A stretch of DNA of 64,000 bases, from positions 128,001-192,000 of the forward strand of contig DASCPX010000016.1 in assembly GCA_036012755.1 (NCBI GenBank), read 5' to 3'. This document shows positions 53,537 through 61,987 of the stretch, in pieces. The notes beneath the pieces were generated by a model, which had not been told where the DNA came from, ran no database searches, and worked only from the letters and a program-made list of their open reading frames with translations. This stretch comes from Myxococcota bacterium. GTDB lineage: Bacteria > Myxococcota_A > UBA796 > CAJQPC01. The position numbers and the translations under genes were made by a program. Every line of letters starts with the position of its first letter. The first letter of the stretch is position 1.

Positions 53537-54094
53537 TCAGGTCTGGGACAGCGCCTGCAGGGCGAAGGCCGTCTCGCTCGGTGCCAGCTCACCCCTGGCG
53601 CTCAGGGCCGCGATCTCGAGCCGCCTCAGGAAGGGATGGTCCGGCATCTGCTCCAGCGCTGGTCTCAGCACGGCGAGCGAGGCAGCGGGCCGGTCGTCGC
53701 GCAGCAACCTCACGGCGGCCTCGCGGGTGGTGTCCGCTTGGACCCGATCCCAGACGGAGGGGACCGCCGCCTCCCGCACGATCCTCAGCCACTCGGCCAG
53801 GCGCTGCGGGTCATAGAGGCAGTCCAAGGCCTCCTCGACGACCTTCTGGGCTTCTGTCGACCAGGAGGTCCTGGTACGGAGGGCCTCGAGCAGTCGACGC
53901 TGGAGCACATGGGGGCGCCACAGCGCGTGTGGATCCGCCGCCACTTCGGGCAGGAGCGCCAGCGGAGAGAACAGCAGCAAGGCCTCGCGGCGTCGATCCG
54001 GAGAGAAGAGCTCCAGCATGTTCACGTCATTCATGGCGCGGCAGGCAGTGGACCTCTCACGGGTCCGAACGAGAAGACGAGCGAATGCGGTCAT
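53537..54094 (-). CDS. Hypothetical protein with a C-terminal TPR-like segment, coupled to the transposase-like gene
   Basis: ATG 54094 overlaps the upstream TGA; alternative start 54034. Confidence 0.55.
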   Translation of the reverse strand: MTAFARLLVRTRERSTACRAMNDVNMLELFSPDRRREALLLFSPLALLPEVAADPHALWRPHVLQRRLLEALRTRTSWSTEAQKVVEEALDCLYDPQRLAEWLRIVREAAVPSVWDRVQADTTREAAVRLLRDDRPAASLAVLRPALEQMPDHPFLRRLEIAALSARGELAPSETAFALQALSQT

Positions 54095-54843
54095 GACCTG
54101 TCCTCCAGGGCGAGACGAAGTCGGGCGGCGATCAGATCGCGGGGATCGGGTCGATGTCGGCGAAGTCGAGAGAGCGCCGACCGAGAGCGCCGAAGACCAC
54201 GGCGGACTTCGGCAGAGCTGAGCCCAGCTTCGAGCGCCAACGCCAGCGCGACCGACACGGCCCGCAAGACCGGAGCGCTGCGACCGGGCAGCTCCGGCGC
54301 GACACAACAGGCGGCGGCAGAGGCCCGAGTCAGGCGCTCGATGCCATCGCTGGCGGCAGCCTCTCGAGGCTCCAGCGGACGGGGCTTCAGCCCGACCAGC
54401 GGGAAGACCTCGCGCATCCGCAGCCGAGGTAGCTCCTCGAAGATGGCGAGACGATCGAGCCCCGGCAGGCGGCGAGCTCCGACGAGATCCTGGAAGCTGG
54501 AGCCGCTCCACGTGGCGTCCGGCCCCAGCCCCTTCTCCCCAGACTGCTGGTAGACGTAGCGCACCAGGAAGCGGAGGTAGGAGCGGGAGTCGACGAGCTC
54601 GGGATGGGCTCGCTTGAGCCTGAGCTCAGGTCTCAGGCCCCCCAGCCCAAGGCCCACGGATCGGCCGAGACGACCAGGTTGTCGCGCCCTGACCACGAGG
54701 TGGAGGTGGTCGTCGACGACGTTGAAGAGGAGGAGGCTGTCCCCGGCAAGCCGAGCCAGCATTCGCACGACGGCGCGGCGCTCGGACTCGGTGCGGGCGA
54801 GGGCCTTTCGACCCCGGACGGCGATGGTGAGGTGGACGATCAT
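54091..54843 (-). mobile_element. RAYT/Y1-type HUH tyrosine transposase-like protein
   Basis: VHLTI..RGRK; LFNVVDDHLHLVV (HUH); YLRFLVRYV (catalytic Tyr position); WSGSSF; C-terminal HTH-like. Confidence 0.72.
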
Positions 54844-54856
54844 GGCCGCCCACAAC

Positions 54857-54871
54857 GCAAGTCCTGCGCCA
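54857..54871 (-). promoter_or_regulatory. sigma54 (-24/-12) promoter of the RAYT-like gene
   Basis: TGGCGCA-GGAC-TTGC ending 14 nt before ATG 54843. Confidence 0.65.
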
Positions 54872-54949
54872 CACGGGATCCCGCATACTTGTAGCGTCGG
54901 CGGTGGCGATTCCGGCGGAACGCGGTCACCCAGCCGGCGACACCTCGCC

Positions 54950-55110
54950 AGGCACTGTCACGCTTCTGCCTCGGTTCTCGAGAACCCCCGGCGATGTGCA
55001 ACATCTCGTCCGCTTCTGTGAGGCCCCGGCGGTCAGGGTCGGCGAACGCCTCGTGTGAGGCCCCGGCGGTCAGGGTCGGCGAGCGCCCTGCCTCGTGCCT
55101 GACAGTGCCT
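54950..55110. repeat. 161-bp REP/MITE-like element with 11-bp terminal inverted repeats and internal repeats
   Basis: AGGCACTGTCA...TGACAGTGCCT; palindrome GGTTCTCGAGAACC at 54973-54986; 34-bp direct repeat at 55017 and 55054. Confidence 0.6.
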
Positions 55111-55232
55111 CGTCCCGGCACGGAGAGGGCCCGGGCGAGGATCTCGTCGCCTCGCACGCAGGCCGCACCGCTCCTACCGGGCCGGCGATGTGCGTGACCT
55201 CGACCCAGGTCCACCAGAGACCCGGCCGCTGC

Positions 55233-57254
55233 TCAGAGTTCCCCCGAGAGCTCCAAGGCGTACTGTTCCAGGGCCCGAAGCTGGTCGCGCACGCTGGCGG
55301 CGGCTTCGTACTCCAGCTTCTGGGCGTGGGCCTTCATCTCCGCGCGGAGGGACCTGAGCTTCTTGGGGATGTCCTCCAGTTCGAGATCCTCGAAGCCCTC
55401 TGGGGCGGCTTCCGCCTGCTCCTTTCGGTCCTTCGGGATCTCCACCGTGTCCGAGAGCAGCTGGGCCAGTGGGCTCTCGATCGCGCGCTTGATGGTCGCT
55501 GGTGTGATGCCGTGCTCCGCGTTCCACTCCTCCTGGATGGCGCGCCGGCGGTCGGTCTCGTCGATGGCGAGCTTCATCGCGTCGGTGATCTTGTCCCCGT
55601 AGAGGATGCAGCGTCCTTCGACGTTTCGAGCTGCTCGGCCGATGGTCTGGATCAAGCTGCGCCCGCTGCGCAGGAAGCCCTCGCGGTCGGCGTCGAGGAT
55701 GGCGACCAGCGCCACCTCTGGCAGATCCAGGCCCTCCCGGAGCAGGTTGATGCCGACGAGCACGTCGAACTCACCAGCCCGCAGGTCTCGCAGGATGTCC
55801 ATGCGCTCGAGCGTGTCGACGTCGCTGTGGAGGTAGCGGATCCGGACTCCGAGCTCCCGGTAGTAGTCGGTCAGCTCCTGGGCCATGCGCTTGGTCAAGG
55901 TCGTCACGAGCACGCGATGACCCCCCGCGACGACCTCGCGGATCTCGTCGAGGAGGTCGTCGACCTCGCCCTTGGCAGGGCGCACCTCGACCTCCGGGTC
56001 GAGCAGGCCGGTGGGTCGGATGACCTGCTCGGTCACCAGGCCCCCGGTCTTGTCCAGCTCGTAGGGGCCCGGGGTGGCCGAGACATAGATGACCTGGTTG
56101 ACGCGTTGTTCGAGCTCGTCGAAGCGCAGCGGCCGGTTGTCCAGCGCCGATGGCAGGCGGAAGCCGTGGCGGACCAGGGTCTCCTTTCGGGCCCGGTCGC
56201 CTCGGTACATGCCCCCCACCTGGGGAACGGCCACGTGGGACTCGTCGACGACGAGCAGCCAGTCATCTGGGAAGTACTCGATCAGGTTCGGCGGTGGCTC
56301 GCCCGAAGGCAGCCCGGTCAGGTGCCGGCTGTAGTTCTCTATGCCCGAGCAGTAGCCGAGCTCCTCGATCATCTCGAGGTCGAAGAGGGTGCGCTGCTCC
56401 AACCGCTGGGCCTCGAGCAGCTTGTCCTCGACCCGCAGCGTGCCGAGCCGCTCCAGGAGCTCCTCGCGGATGGTCCCCACGGCCTGCTCCACTCGCGACC
56501 GCGGCGTGACGTAGTGACTCGCCGGGAAGATGGTCGTGTACTGCATGGTCTCGGTCCGCACGCCCCGCAGCGGATCCGTCGCCGAGATGGCCTCGACCTC
56601 GTCCCCCCAGAGCTCCACGCGGATCGCCGCGTCCTGCGCATCTGCTGGGAAGATCTCGATGACGTCCCCCCGCGCCCGGAAGGTGCCCCTGCGGAAGTCC
56701 ATCTCGTTCCGCGAGTACTGGATCTCCACCAGCTTGCGGAGGATGGCGTCCCGGTCGATCTGCTGGCCGACCTCGAGGCGCAGCATCATGCCGTCGTAGG
56801 CCTCTGGCGAGCCGAGGCCGTAGATGCAGCTCACCGACGCCACGATGACCACGTCCCGTCGGGTCAACAGGGCCTTCGTCGCCCGGTGACGGAGCTTGTC
56901 GATCTGGTCGTTGATCAGGCTGTCCTTCTCGATGTACGTGTCGCTCGAGGGGACGTAGGCCTCTGGCTGGTAGTAGTCGAAGTAGCTGACGAAGTACTCG
57001 ACGGCGTTGTCGGGAAAGAGCCTCTTGAACTCGCCGTAGAGCTGGGCCGCGAGGGTCTTGTTGTGGGCGAGGACCAGGGTCGGGCGCTTCACACGGTCGA
57101 TGACGTTCGCGATCGTCAGGGTCTTGCCCGAGCCGGTGATGCCCAAGAGCACCTGGTGCTGCCTCGGCTCGTTCAAGCCCTCGACGAGCTCCTCGATGGC
57201 TCGGGGCTGGTCCCCGGCGGGAGCGAAAGGCGACTGGAGGCGCAGCTCGGGCAT
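55233..57254 (-). CDS. uvrB: Excinuclease ABC subunit B
   Basis: [53 protein letters not shown]-terminal UVR domain. Confidence 0.98.
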   Translation of the reverse strand: MPELRLQSPFAPAGDQPRAIEELVEGLNEPRQHQVLLGITGSGKTLTIANVIDRVKRPTLVLAHNKTLAAQLYGEFKRLFPDNAVEYFVSYFDYYQPEAYVPSSDTYIEKDSLINDQIDKLRHRATKALLTRRDVVIVASVSCIYGLGSPEAYDGMMLRLEVGQQIDRDAILRKLVEIQYSRNEMDFRRGTFRARGDVIEIFPADAQDAAIRVELWGDEVEAISATDPLRGVRTETMQYTTIFPASHYVTPRSRVEQAVGTIREELLERLGTLRVEDKLLEAQRLEQRTLFDLEMIEELGYCSGIENYSRHLTGLPSGEPPPNLIEYFPDDWLLVVDESHVAVPQVGGMYRGDRARKETLVRHGFRLPSALDNRPLRFDELEQRVNQVIYVSATPGPYELDKTGGLVTEQVIRPTGLLDPEVEVRPAKGEVDDLLDEIREVVAGGHRVLVTTLTKRMAQELTDYYRELGVRIRYLHSDVDTLERMDILRDLRAGEFDVLVGINLLREGLDLPEVALVAILDADREGFLRSGRSLIQTIGRAARNVEGRCILYGDKITDAMKLAIDETDRRRAIQEEWNAEHGITPATIKRAIESPLAQLLSDTVEIPKDRKEQAEAAPEGFEDLELEDIPKKLRSLRAEMKAHAQKLEYEAAASVRDQLRALEQYALELSGEL

Positions 57255-57295
57255 GGTGTCGGTCTATCCCACCGAGCGACCAGGAACTGACCGGG

Positions 57296-57919
57296 TCAGT
57301 AGACGCTGTTGGGGGTGACCATCACGGTGTTGATGGACTTCGTCGCCGTGTAGATCGCGGGGTTGCCGTCTCCGTCGACGTCGATCATGCCGGTGACGAT
57401 GAAGTCACAGCAGCCGAGCGTGTCGACCTGGTAGGTGCCTCGAACCTCGCCGTCCGGCGCCCAACCGAGCTTGTCGAAGCCCTGGGAGCCGGTCCAGCGG
57501 ACGGCGTTCTTCCCCAGCACGTGAGACGGTCGCGGAGCCGGCCGCGCCGGGATGAACTCGTCGAAGGCAGCGTCGTAGGTCATCTCCGCATTCTTGATGC
57601 CGTCCACGTTGGCGGGGACCTCCGCGCGTTTGGCCCGGTACTGCATGGCGACGAAGTTCGGGATGGCGATCGCTGCCAGGATCCCGATCACCGGCAGGCC
57701 CATGCACAGCACGATGACGATGACGATCCCGATCCCGATCGTGGCGCCAGCGCCTCCACCGTCGGACTTCTTCGCCTCGGAAGCGGGCGGCGGTTTTGCT
57801 GTCGGCTTGGACAGCAAGGGCTGAGAAGCCGAGGTCGGCATCGGACCCCCGCAGCCCGGACAGGTGGGGGCTCGGTCGCTGACTTCGCGGCCACAGTCGT
57901 TACAGCGGGTCAATCCCAT
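57296..57919 (-). CDS. Zn-ribbon + TM + type IV pilin-like domain protein
   Basis: CNDC..CPGCG; IGILAAIAIPNFVAMQYRAKRAEV; DVDGDG; no G|FTLIE site; GGAGG RBS. Confidence 0.78.
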   Translation of the reverse strand: MGLTRCNDCGREVSDRAPTCPGCGGPMPTSASQPLLSKPTAKPPPASEAKKSDGGGAGATIGIGIVIVIVLCMGLPVIGILAAIAIPNFVAMQYRAKRAEVPANVDGIKNAEMTYDAAFDEFIPARPAPRPSHVLGKNAVRWTGSQGFDKLGWAPDGEVRGTYQVDTLGCCDFIVTGMIDVDGDGNPAIYTATKSINTVMVTPNSVY

Positions 57920-57954
57920 CGCTCCCTCCGGAAGGCACCAGGATAGTCCAAAGC

Positions 57955-58505
57955 TCAGTAGGCGCTGGTCGGTGTCAACATCCGCGCGCTGTCCTCGCGC
58001 GTGGCGACGTAGTGCGCTGGCTCGCCGTCGGCGTCGATGTCGATCATGCCGTGGACCTCGAAGTCGTCTCCGAGATCGACCACCCAGCAGGCACCCCGGA
58101 CCTGGCCATCCGGCGACCACCCGAGCTGCTCGAAGCCCCCCCATCCGGCCAGGGCACGGCCGCCCCGTCCAGCGCCGTCACGGGCCGCGGCGTCGGGTCC
58201 GGGATTCCCAGGTAGCTGTCGAAGGCGGCGGCGTAGGCCAACTCCGCGGCTCGGATGCCGTCGACGTTGGAAGGCACCTCTGCGCGCTTGGCGCGCCAGC
58301 CCATCTGGAGCATGCTCGGGATGGCGATGGCCGCCAGGAGGCCCACAACCACGATGAGCAGGACGCCCGCCCCGAGGACCCCGGCGACGATCCCCCCGAT
58401 CGAGGAGGGCCGCTCTGTCGACGACATCGAGCCACCACAGTGGGGACAGCTGGTCCTGCGCTCGCTGACGTCGCCGCCGCAGTCCCTGCAGATCACTACG
58501 CCTAT
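57955..58505 (-). pseudogene. Paralogous Zn-ribbon-pilin gene with ATA start and G7 frameshift
   Basis: CRDC..CPHCG, LLAAIAIP..RAKRAEVPSNVDGI in one frame; GFEQLGWSPDGQVRG..MIDIDADG in another; shift at 58136-58142. Confidence 0.75.
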
Positions 58506-58538
58506 CGCGGCCTCCAGCGTCCACGATAGACCTACGGT

Positions 58539-59105
58539 GTGCTGCTCCTCTTCCTTGCATGCCAGCCAAGCGCCGATCCTCACTGGGTCGCGATGCAGAC
58601 ATGCCTAGCCATGCCGGGTCTGTACATGGACGGAGCCTCTCAGGCGCTGGCCAGCCGGGCCGTGGCGCAGGAGGAGCTCGAGATCTGGCGCGGTGACGCC
58701 AGCTACGGCGTCGAGGGCTACGGGCCGGTCTACGAAGAGCTCGGGCTCGAGGGCGTCGCCGTCATCCGCAGCAACTCCCTCTGCTCGGTCGACGAGGTCA
58801 GCGACTCCACCGCTACGGTCACGCGAAAGGAGCCCGACATCGAGGCGATGGACCCCTGGAAGATCAAGGAGGTCTGGAAGCTCGAGCTCGTGGCGCGAAC
58901 CCACACCTTCGACATCGGGCCCTCTGATGAGGGCTACCGCGCCTTCCTCGGCCTGAGATCGAAGCGTGGCCTCGCCCTGTCCTCGGAGCTGCTGGTGGCC
59001 CAGGGCCGCTTCGACGAGGCCGTCGAGGAGTACCGCGCGCTCCACGCCGAGTTCCCCGACCCGCGCATCCTCTGGCGCATCCGCCAGATCGAAGCGAAGC
59101 GGTAG
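58539..59105 (+). CDS. Hypothetical lipoprotein with a C-terminal TPR-like motif
   Basis: MLLLFLAC; GRFDEAVEEY..FPD. Confidence 0.7.
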   Translation: MLLLFLACQPSADPHWVAMQTCLAMPGLYMDGASQALASRAVAQEELEIWRGDASYGVEGYGPVYEELGLEGVAVIRSNSLCSVDEVSDSTATVTRKEPDIEAMDPWKIKEVWKLELVARTHTFDIGPSDEGYRAFLGLRSKRGLALSSELLVAQGRFDEAVEEYRALHAEFPDPRILWRIRQIEAKR

Positions 59106-59822
59106 TCACTCCTCCAAGAGCGCGAACTCGTCGAAGTAGACCCCGCCGTTGCCATCGAAGCAGCCGGGGTCCTGGGCCTTGCACTGCCAGAAGATGAGCA
59201 CGGCCTGCAGGATCGCGCTGTCTGTCGGAGCCGTGCCCTTCGCGGTCAGCTCGTGCCAGGTGCCGGTCGCCGAGTCCTTCGTGATCGGGTCGCTCTCCGC
59301 TTCGCCGAGGAGCTCGCCGTAGCCCTCCGAGTAGAACTTCAGCTCGAGCTGGGCGTAGGTGTGCGTCGCGGTCAGGGGGTCGTCTTCGTGGTGCCAGCCA
59401 GTAGCCGACAGCGTGTAGACCGAGCCCGCGGTGGCAGTCGTCTCCTGGTAGATCGCCGTGTCGTTCTCCACGCCCTCGTCCAGCCACTCCCCGTAGAGCT
59501 TCAGCGACTGCGAGCCCTCCGGCGCCGCGAAGGTGTCGGTGCTGTTGAAGAGGGTGTCGCCGGTCGCGACGATCTCGTAGTTGTCCTGGTCCGCCGTGTA
59601 GATCAACCAGTCGGCGAAGCCATCCTCGAAGCCGGGGTTCGAGAGCAGGTTGAGATCCGTGTCGGCGTCGGCGTCGGCGTCCGTGTCGCTGTCCGTGTCG
59701 CTGTCCGTGTCGCTGTCGGCGTCGCTGTCCGAGTCCGAGTCCGTGTCCGCGTCTGTCTCCGAAACGAGCCCGGAATCGAGGGCGTTCAGGCCGGTGCAGG
59801 CCCACAACAGAGCGAGTGTCAT
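59106..59822 (-). CDS. Lipoprotein with D-x dipeptide linker and galactose-binding-like (CBM4/9-like) domain
   Basis: MTLALLWAC; (DS/DT/DA)n; NLLSNPGFEDG..W; VYFDEF. Confidence 0.75.
   Translation of the reverse strand: MTLALLWACTGLNALDSGLVSETDADTDSDSDSDADSDTDSDTDSDTDADADADTDLNLLSNPGFEDGFADWLIYTADQDNYEIVATGDTLFNSTDTFAAPEGSQSLKLYGEWLDEGVENDTAIYQETTATAGSVYTLSATGWHHEDDPLTATHTYAQLELKFYSEGYGELLGEAESDPITKDSATGTWHELTAKGTAPTDSAILQAVLIFWQCKAQDPGCFDGNGGVYFDEFALLEE
59657..59757 (-). repeat. 6/12-bp coding low-complexity repeat (DTDS/DADA)
   Basis: GTCCGTGTCGCT and GTCGGC units on the + strand. Confidence 0.8.
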
Positions 59823-59869
59823 TCGAGCCTCCTCTTCAGCCGGATATCCTCCGACCTCTCGGAGGCTAG

Positions 59870-61030
59870 ATGCTGCTTCTCCTGATGGCCTGCAACGGCG
59901 ACACGGATCCCATCTACGAGGAGCTGGACAGCGATCCCTACGTTCCCTGGCCCGACTCCGGCGACGACGGGACCGACGAGGACGGGGACGGGTGGTCTGT
60001 CGAAGAGGGCGACTGCGACGACGACGACATCTACATCCACCCTGGTTGGGAGGAGTCCGACCAGGAGGGCAACCACACCGACGGCAAGGACAACGACTGC
60101 GACGGCACCATCGACGAGACCTTCCGGGGACTCGTCGTGCTCCAGCAGGGGCGCTGGGATCTCGGTACCAGTTCCAGGATCGTGCTCGTCGACAGCTTCG
60201 GCGAGACAGAGGAGGAGGTCGAGTTCCTCGATCTGAACGTCCAGCCCATCCAGTTCCAGGACAACTCGGGCAAGTGGTACGACTTCACCTTCGAGCTGGC
60301 CCCAGGTGTCTTCGACGGCTGGGCCGTGCTCGGCGAGGATCGGACCACCCACGGACGCCTCATGGTCGAGGTCAGCGAGACCGGCGAGGTCTCCCAGCTC
60401 GTCGACTTCAGCGACGCCGAGGCCTACCCCGGCGGCGCCTGGGGGATCGACGTCCACCCCGACGGCTACTACCTCGTCGCTGGCCTGACCGTGCTCTACA
60501 AGGTCGACCCGAGCGGGCAGGTCGAGACCGTCGCGGAGTTCCTCGACACCGACGGCGAGACCCCCCTGATGCTCGCCTTCGAGGTCGGTGTGGACAACAT
60601 CACCGGTCAGATCGCGGTCTTCGGCTACTACGGCGGCGCGGCGCTGATCGATCCCGAGACCTTCGAGGTGACCTGGGTCATCCAGACGGACTTCGACAAC
60701 ATCACCCACAACATGTGGTCAGCCTCTCACTGGGACACCCGCGGCGGCTGGTACGCCGGCGGCCAGGACTCGGAGGGGTGGAAGGTCTTCCGGCTGAACG
60801 AGACCAACAGCGAGTGGGTCGAGAAGGCCGTCTTCGACGAGTCGTGGGAGCCTCACGCGATGACCGTCGACACGGTCTACGGCGAGTACTTCATGTCCGC
60901 CTACGGTGGCCAGTACCCCGTCGTCTGGGAGCTCGACGCCGAGACCGGCGAGCAGCCCAGCCAGTTCTTCGCGTCCCCTCACAGCGGCACCTACTTCCTG
61001 GACATGTGGGACCTCACGACCCGGTACTGA
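59870..61030 (+). CDS. Lipoprotein with a single MopE-related repeat and beta-propeller-like body
   Basis: MLLLLMAC; DEDGDGW..GDCDD..IHPG..DGKDNDCDG; GGAGG RBS. Confidence 0.78.
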   Translation: MLLLLMACNGDTDPIYEELDSDPYVPWPDSGDDGTDEDGDGWSVEEGDCDDDDIYIHPGWEESDQEGNHTDGKDNDCDGTIDETFRGLVVLQQGRWDLGTSSRIVLVDSFGETEEEVEFLDLNVQPIQFQDNSGKWYDFTFELAPGVFDGWAVLGEDRTTHGRLMVEVSETGEVSQLVDFSDAEAYPGGAWGIDVHPDGYYLVAGLTVLYKVDPSGQVETVAEFLDTDGETPLMLAFEVGVDNITGQIAVFGYYGGAALIDPETFEVTWVIQTDFDNITHNMWSASHWDTRGGWYAGGQDSEGWKVFRLNETNSEWVEKAVFDESWEPHAMTVDTVYGEYFMSAYGGQYPVVWELDAETGEQPSQFFASPHSGTYFLDMWDLTTRY

Positions 61031-61107
61031 GGCAGGGGACTTTGCCTTCCGAGATGGTCGTGGTTTCATGACCGCGGAGACAGGACGTCCTCTGGAGTCG
61101 ACAAAGA

Positions 61108-61983
61108 TTGCCAACGCTGCCCGCACTCGATGACCTCCGATGCTTCGAGGCCGCAGCGGTCAGGCTGAACTTCCGGGCAGCCAGCAGCGCCGTCGGTCTG
61201 TCGCCGGCCGCCTTCAGCGAGCGCATCAAGCGCTTGGAGGACCGCCTCGGTGTCCGGCTCTTCAACCGCACCACCCGCCGCGTCCAGCTCACTCTGGAGG
61301 GCGAGCGCCTGCTCCCCCAGGCGCGCAGGACCCTGGCCGAGGCGAGGGCTTGCCTCGATCTCGGTGGCGGGCCGAGCCCCTTCGAGCTGACCCTCGGCGT
61401 CGGCTTCGAGTTGGGCCTGTCCTGGCTCGTTCCGGGCCTGGAGACCCTCCGTGAGGAGCGCCCCGAGCGCAGGCTCCACCTCACCTTCGGTGATGGCCAG
61501 GACCTCGTCCAAGCACTCGATCAGGGCCACGCCGATGCGGTGATCGGGAGCATGCAGCCGCCCTCACCCACTCTCGAGGCCGCGCTCCTGCACGAGGGAC
61601 ACCACCTGCTGGTGAGCTCGCCCGAGCTGGACATCGAGTCGCCAGAGGACGCCGCGGCCCTGACGCTGGTCGACATCTCTCCGAAGCTGCCGCTCTTCCA
61701 GTCTTGGCGACAAGCCCAGCCTGCCGAGCAGGTGTGGCGCTTCGGGTCGCATGAGTACATGGGCACGATCGGCGCGATCAAGGCTCGCCTGTTGGCTGGT
61801 GCCGGAGTCGCGGTGCTGCCCGAGTACTTCGTCCGCGAGGCCCTGACGGCTGGTGACCTCGTCGAGCGCACGCCCGGTCATCGCCCTCGCAGCGACTGGC
61901 TCCGTCTCCTCTGGCGACCGGATCACCCGCGCGCTGGGGAGCTGCAGTGCCTCGCGACGTCCCTCCGGGCGCTGCCCCTCTGA
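61108..61983 (+). CDS. LysR-family transcriptional regulator
   Basis: LRCFEAAA..NFRAAS..LSPAAFSERIKRLEDRLGVRLFNRTTRRVQLT. Confidence 0.93.
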   Translation: MPTLPALDDLRCFEAAAVRLNFRAASSAVGLSPAAFSERIKRLEDRLGVRLFNRTTRRVQLTLEGERLLPQARRTLAEARACLDLGGGPSPFELTLGVGFELGLSWLVPGLETLREERPERRLHLTFGDGQDLVQALDQGHADAVIGSMQPPSPTLEAALLHEGHHLLVSSPELDIESPEDAAALTLVDISPKLPLFQSWRQAQPAEQVWRFGSHEYMGTIGAIKARLLAGAGVAVLPEYFVREALTAGDLVERTPGHRPRSDWLRLLWRPDHPRAGELQCLATSLRALPL

Positions 61984-61987
61984 TCGC

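Noticed and set aside
55017..55087. 34-bp direct repeat pair as a CRISPR array
   Set aside because: Only two copies, 3-nt separation, no spacers, and no cas genes in the window
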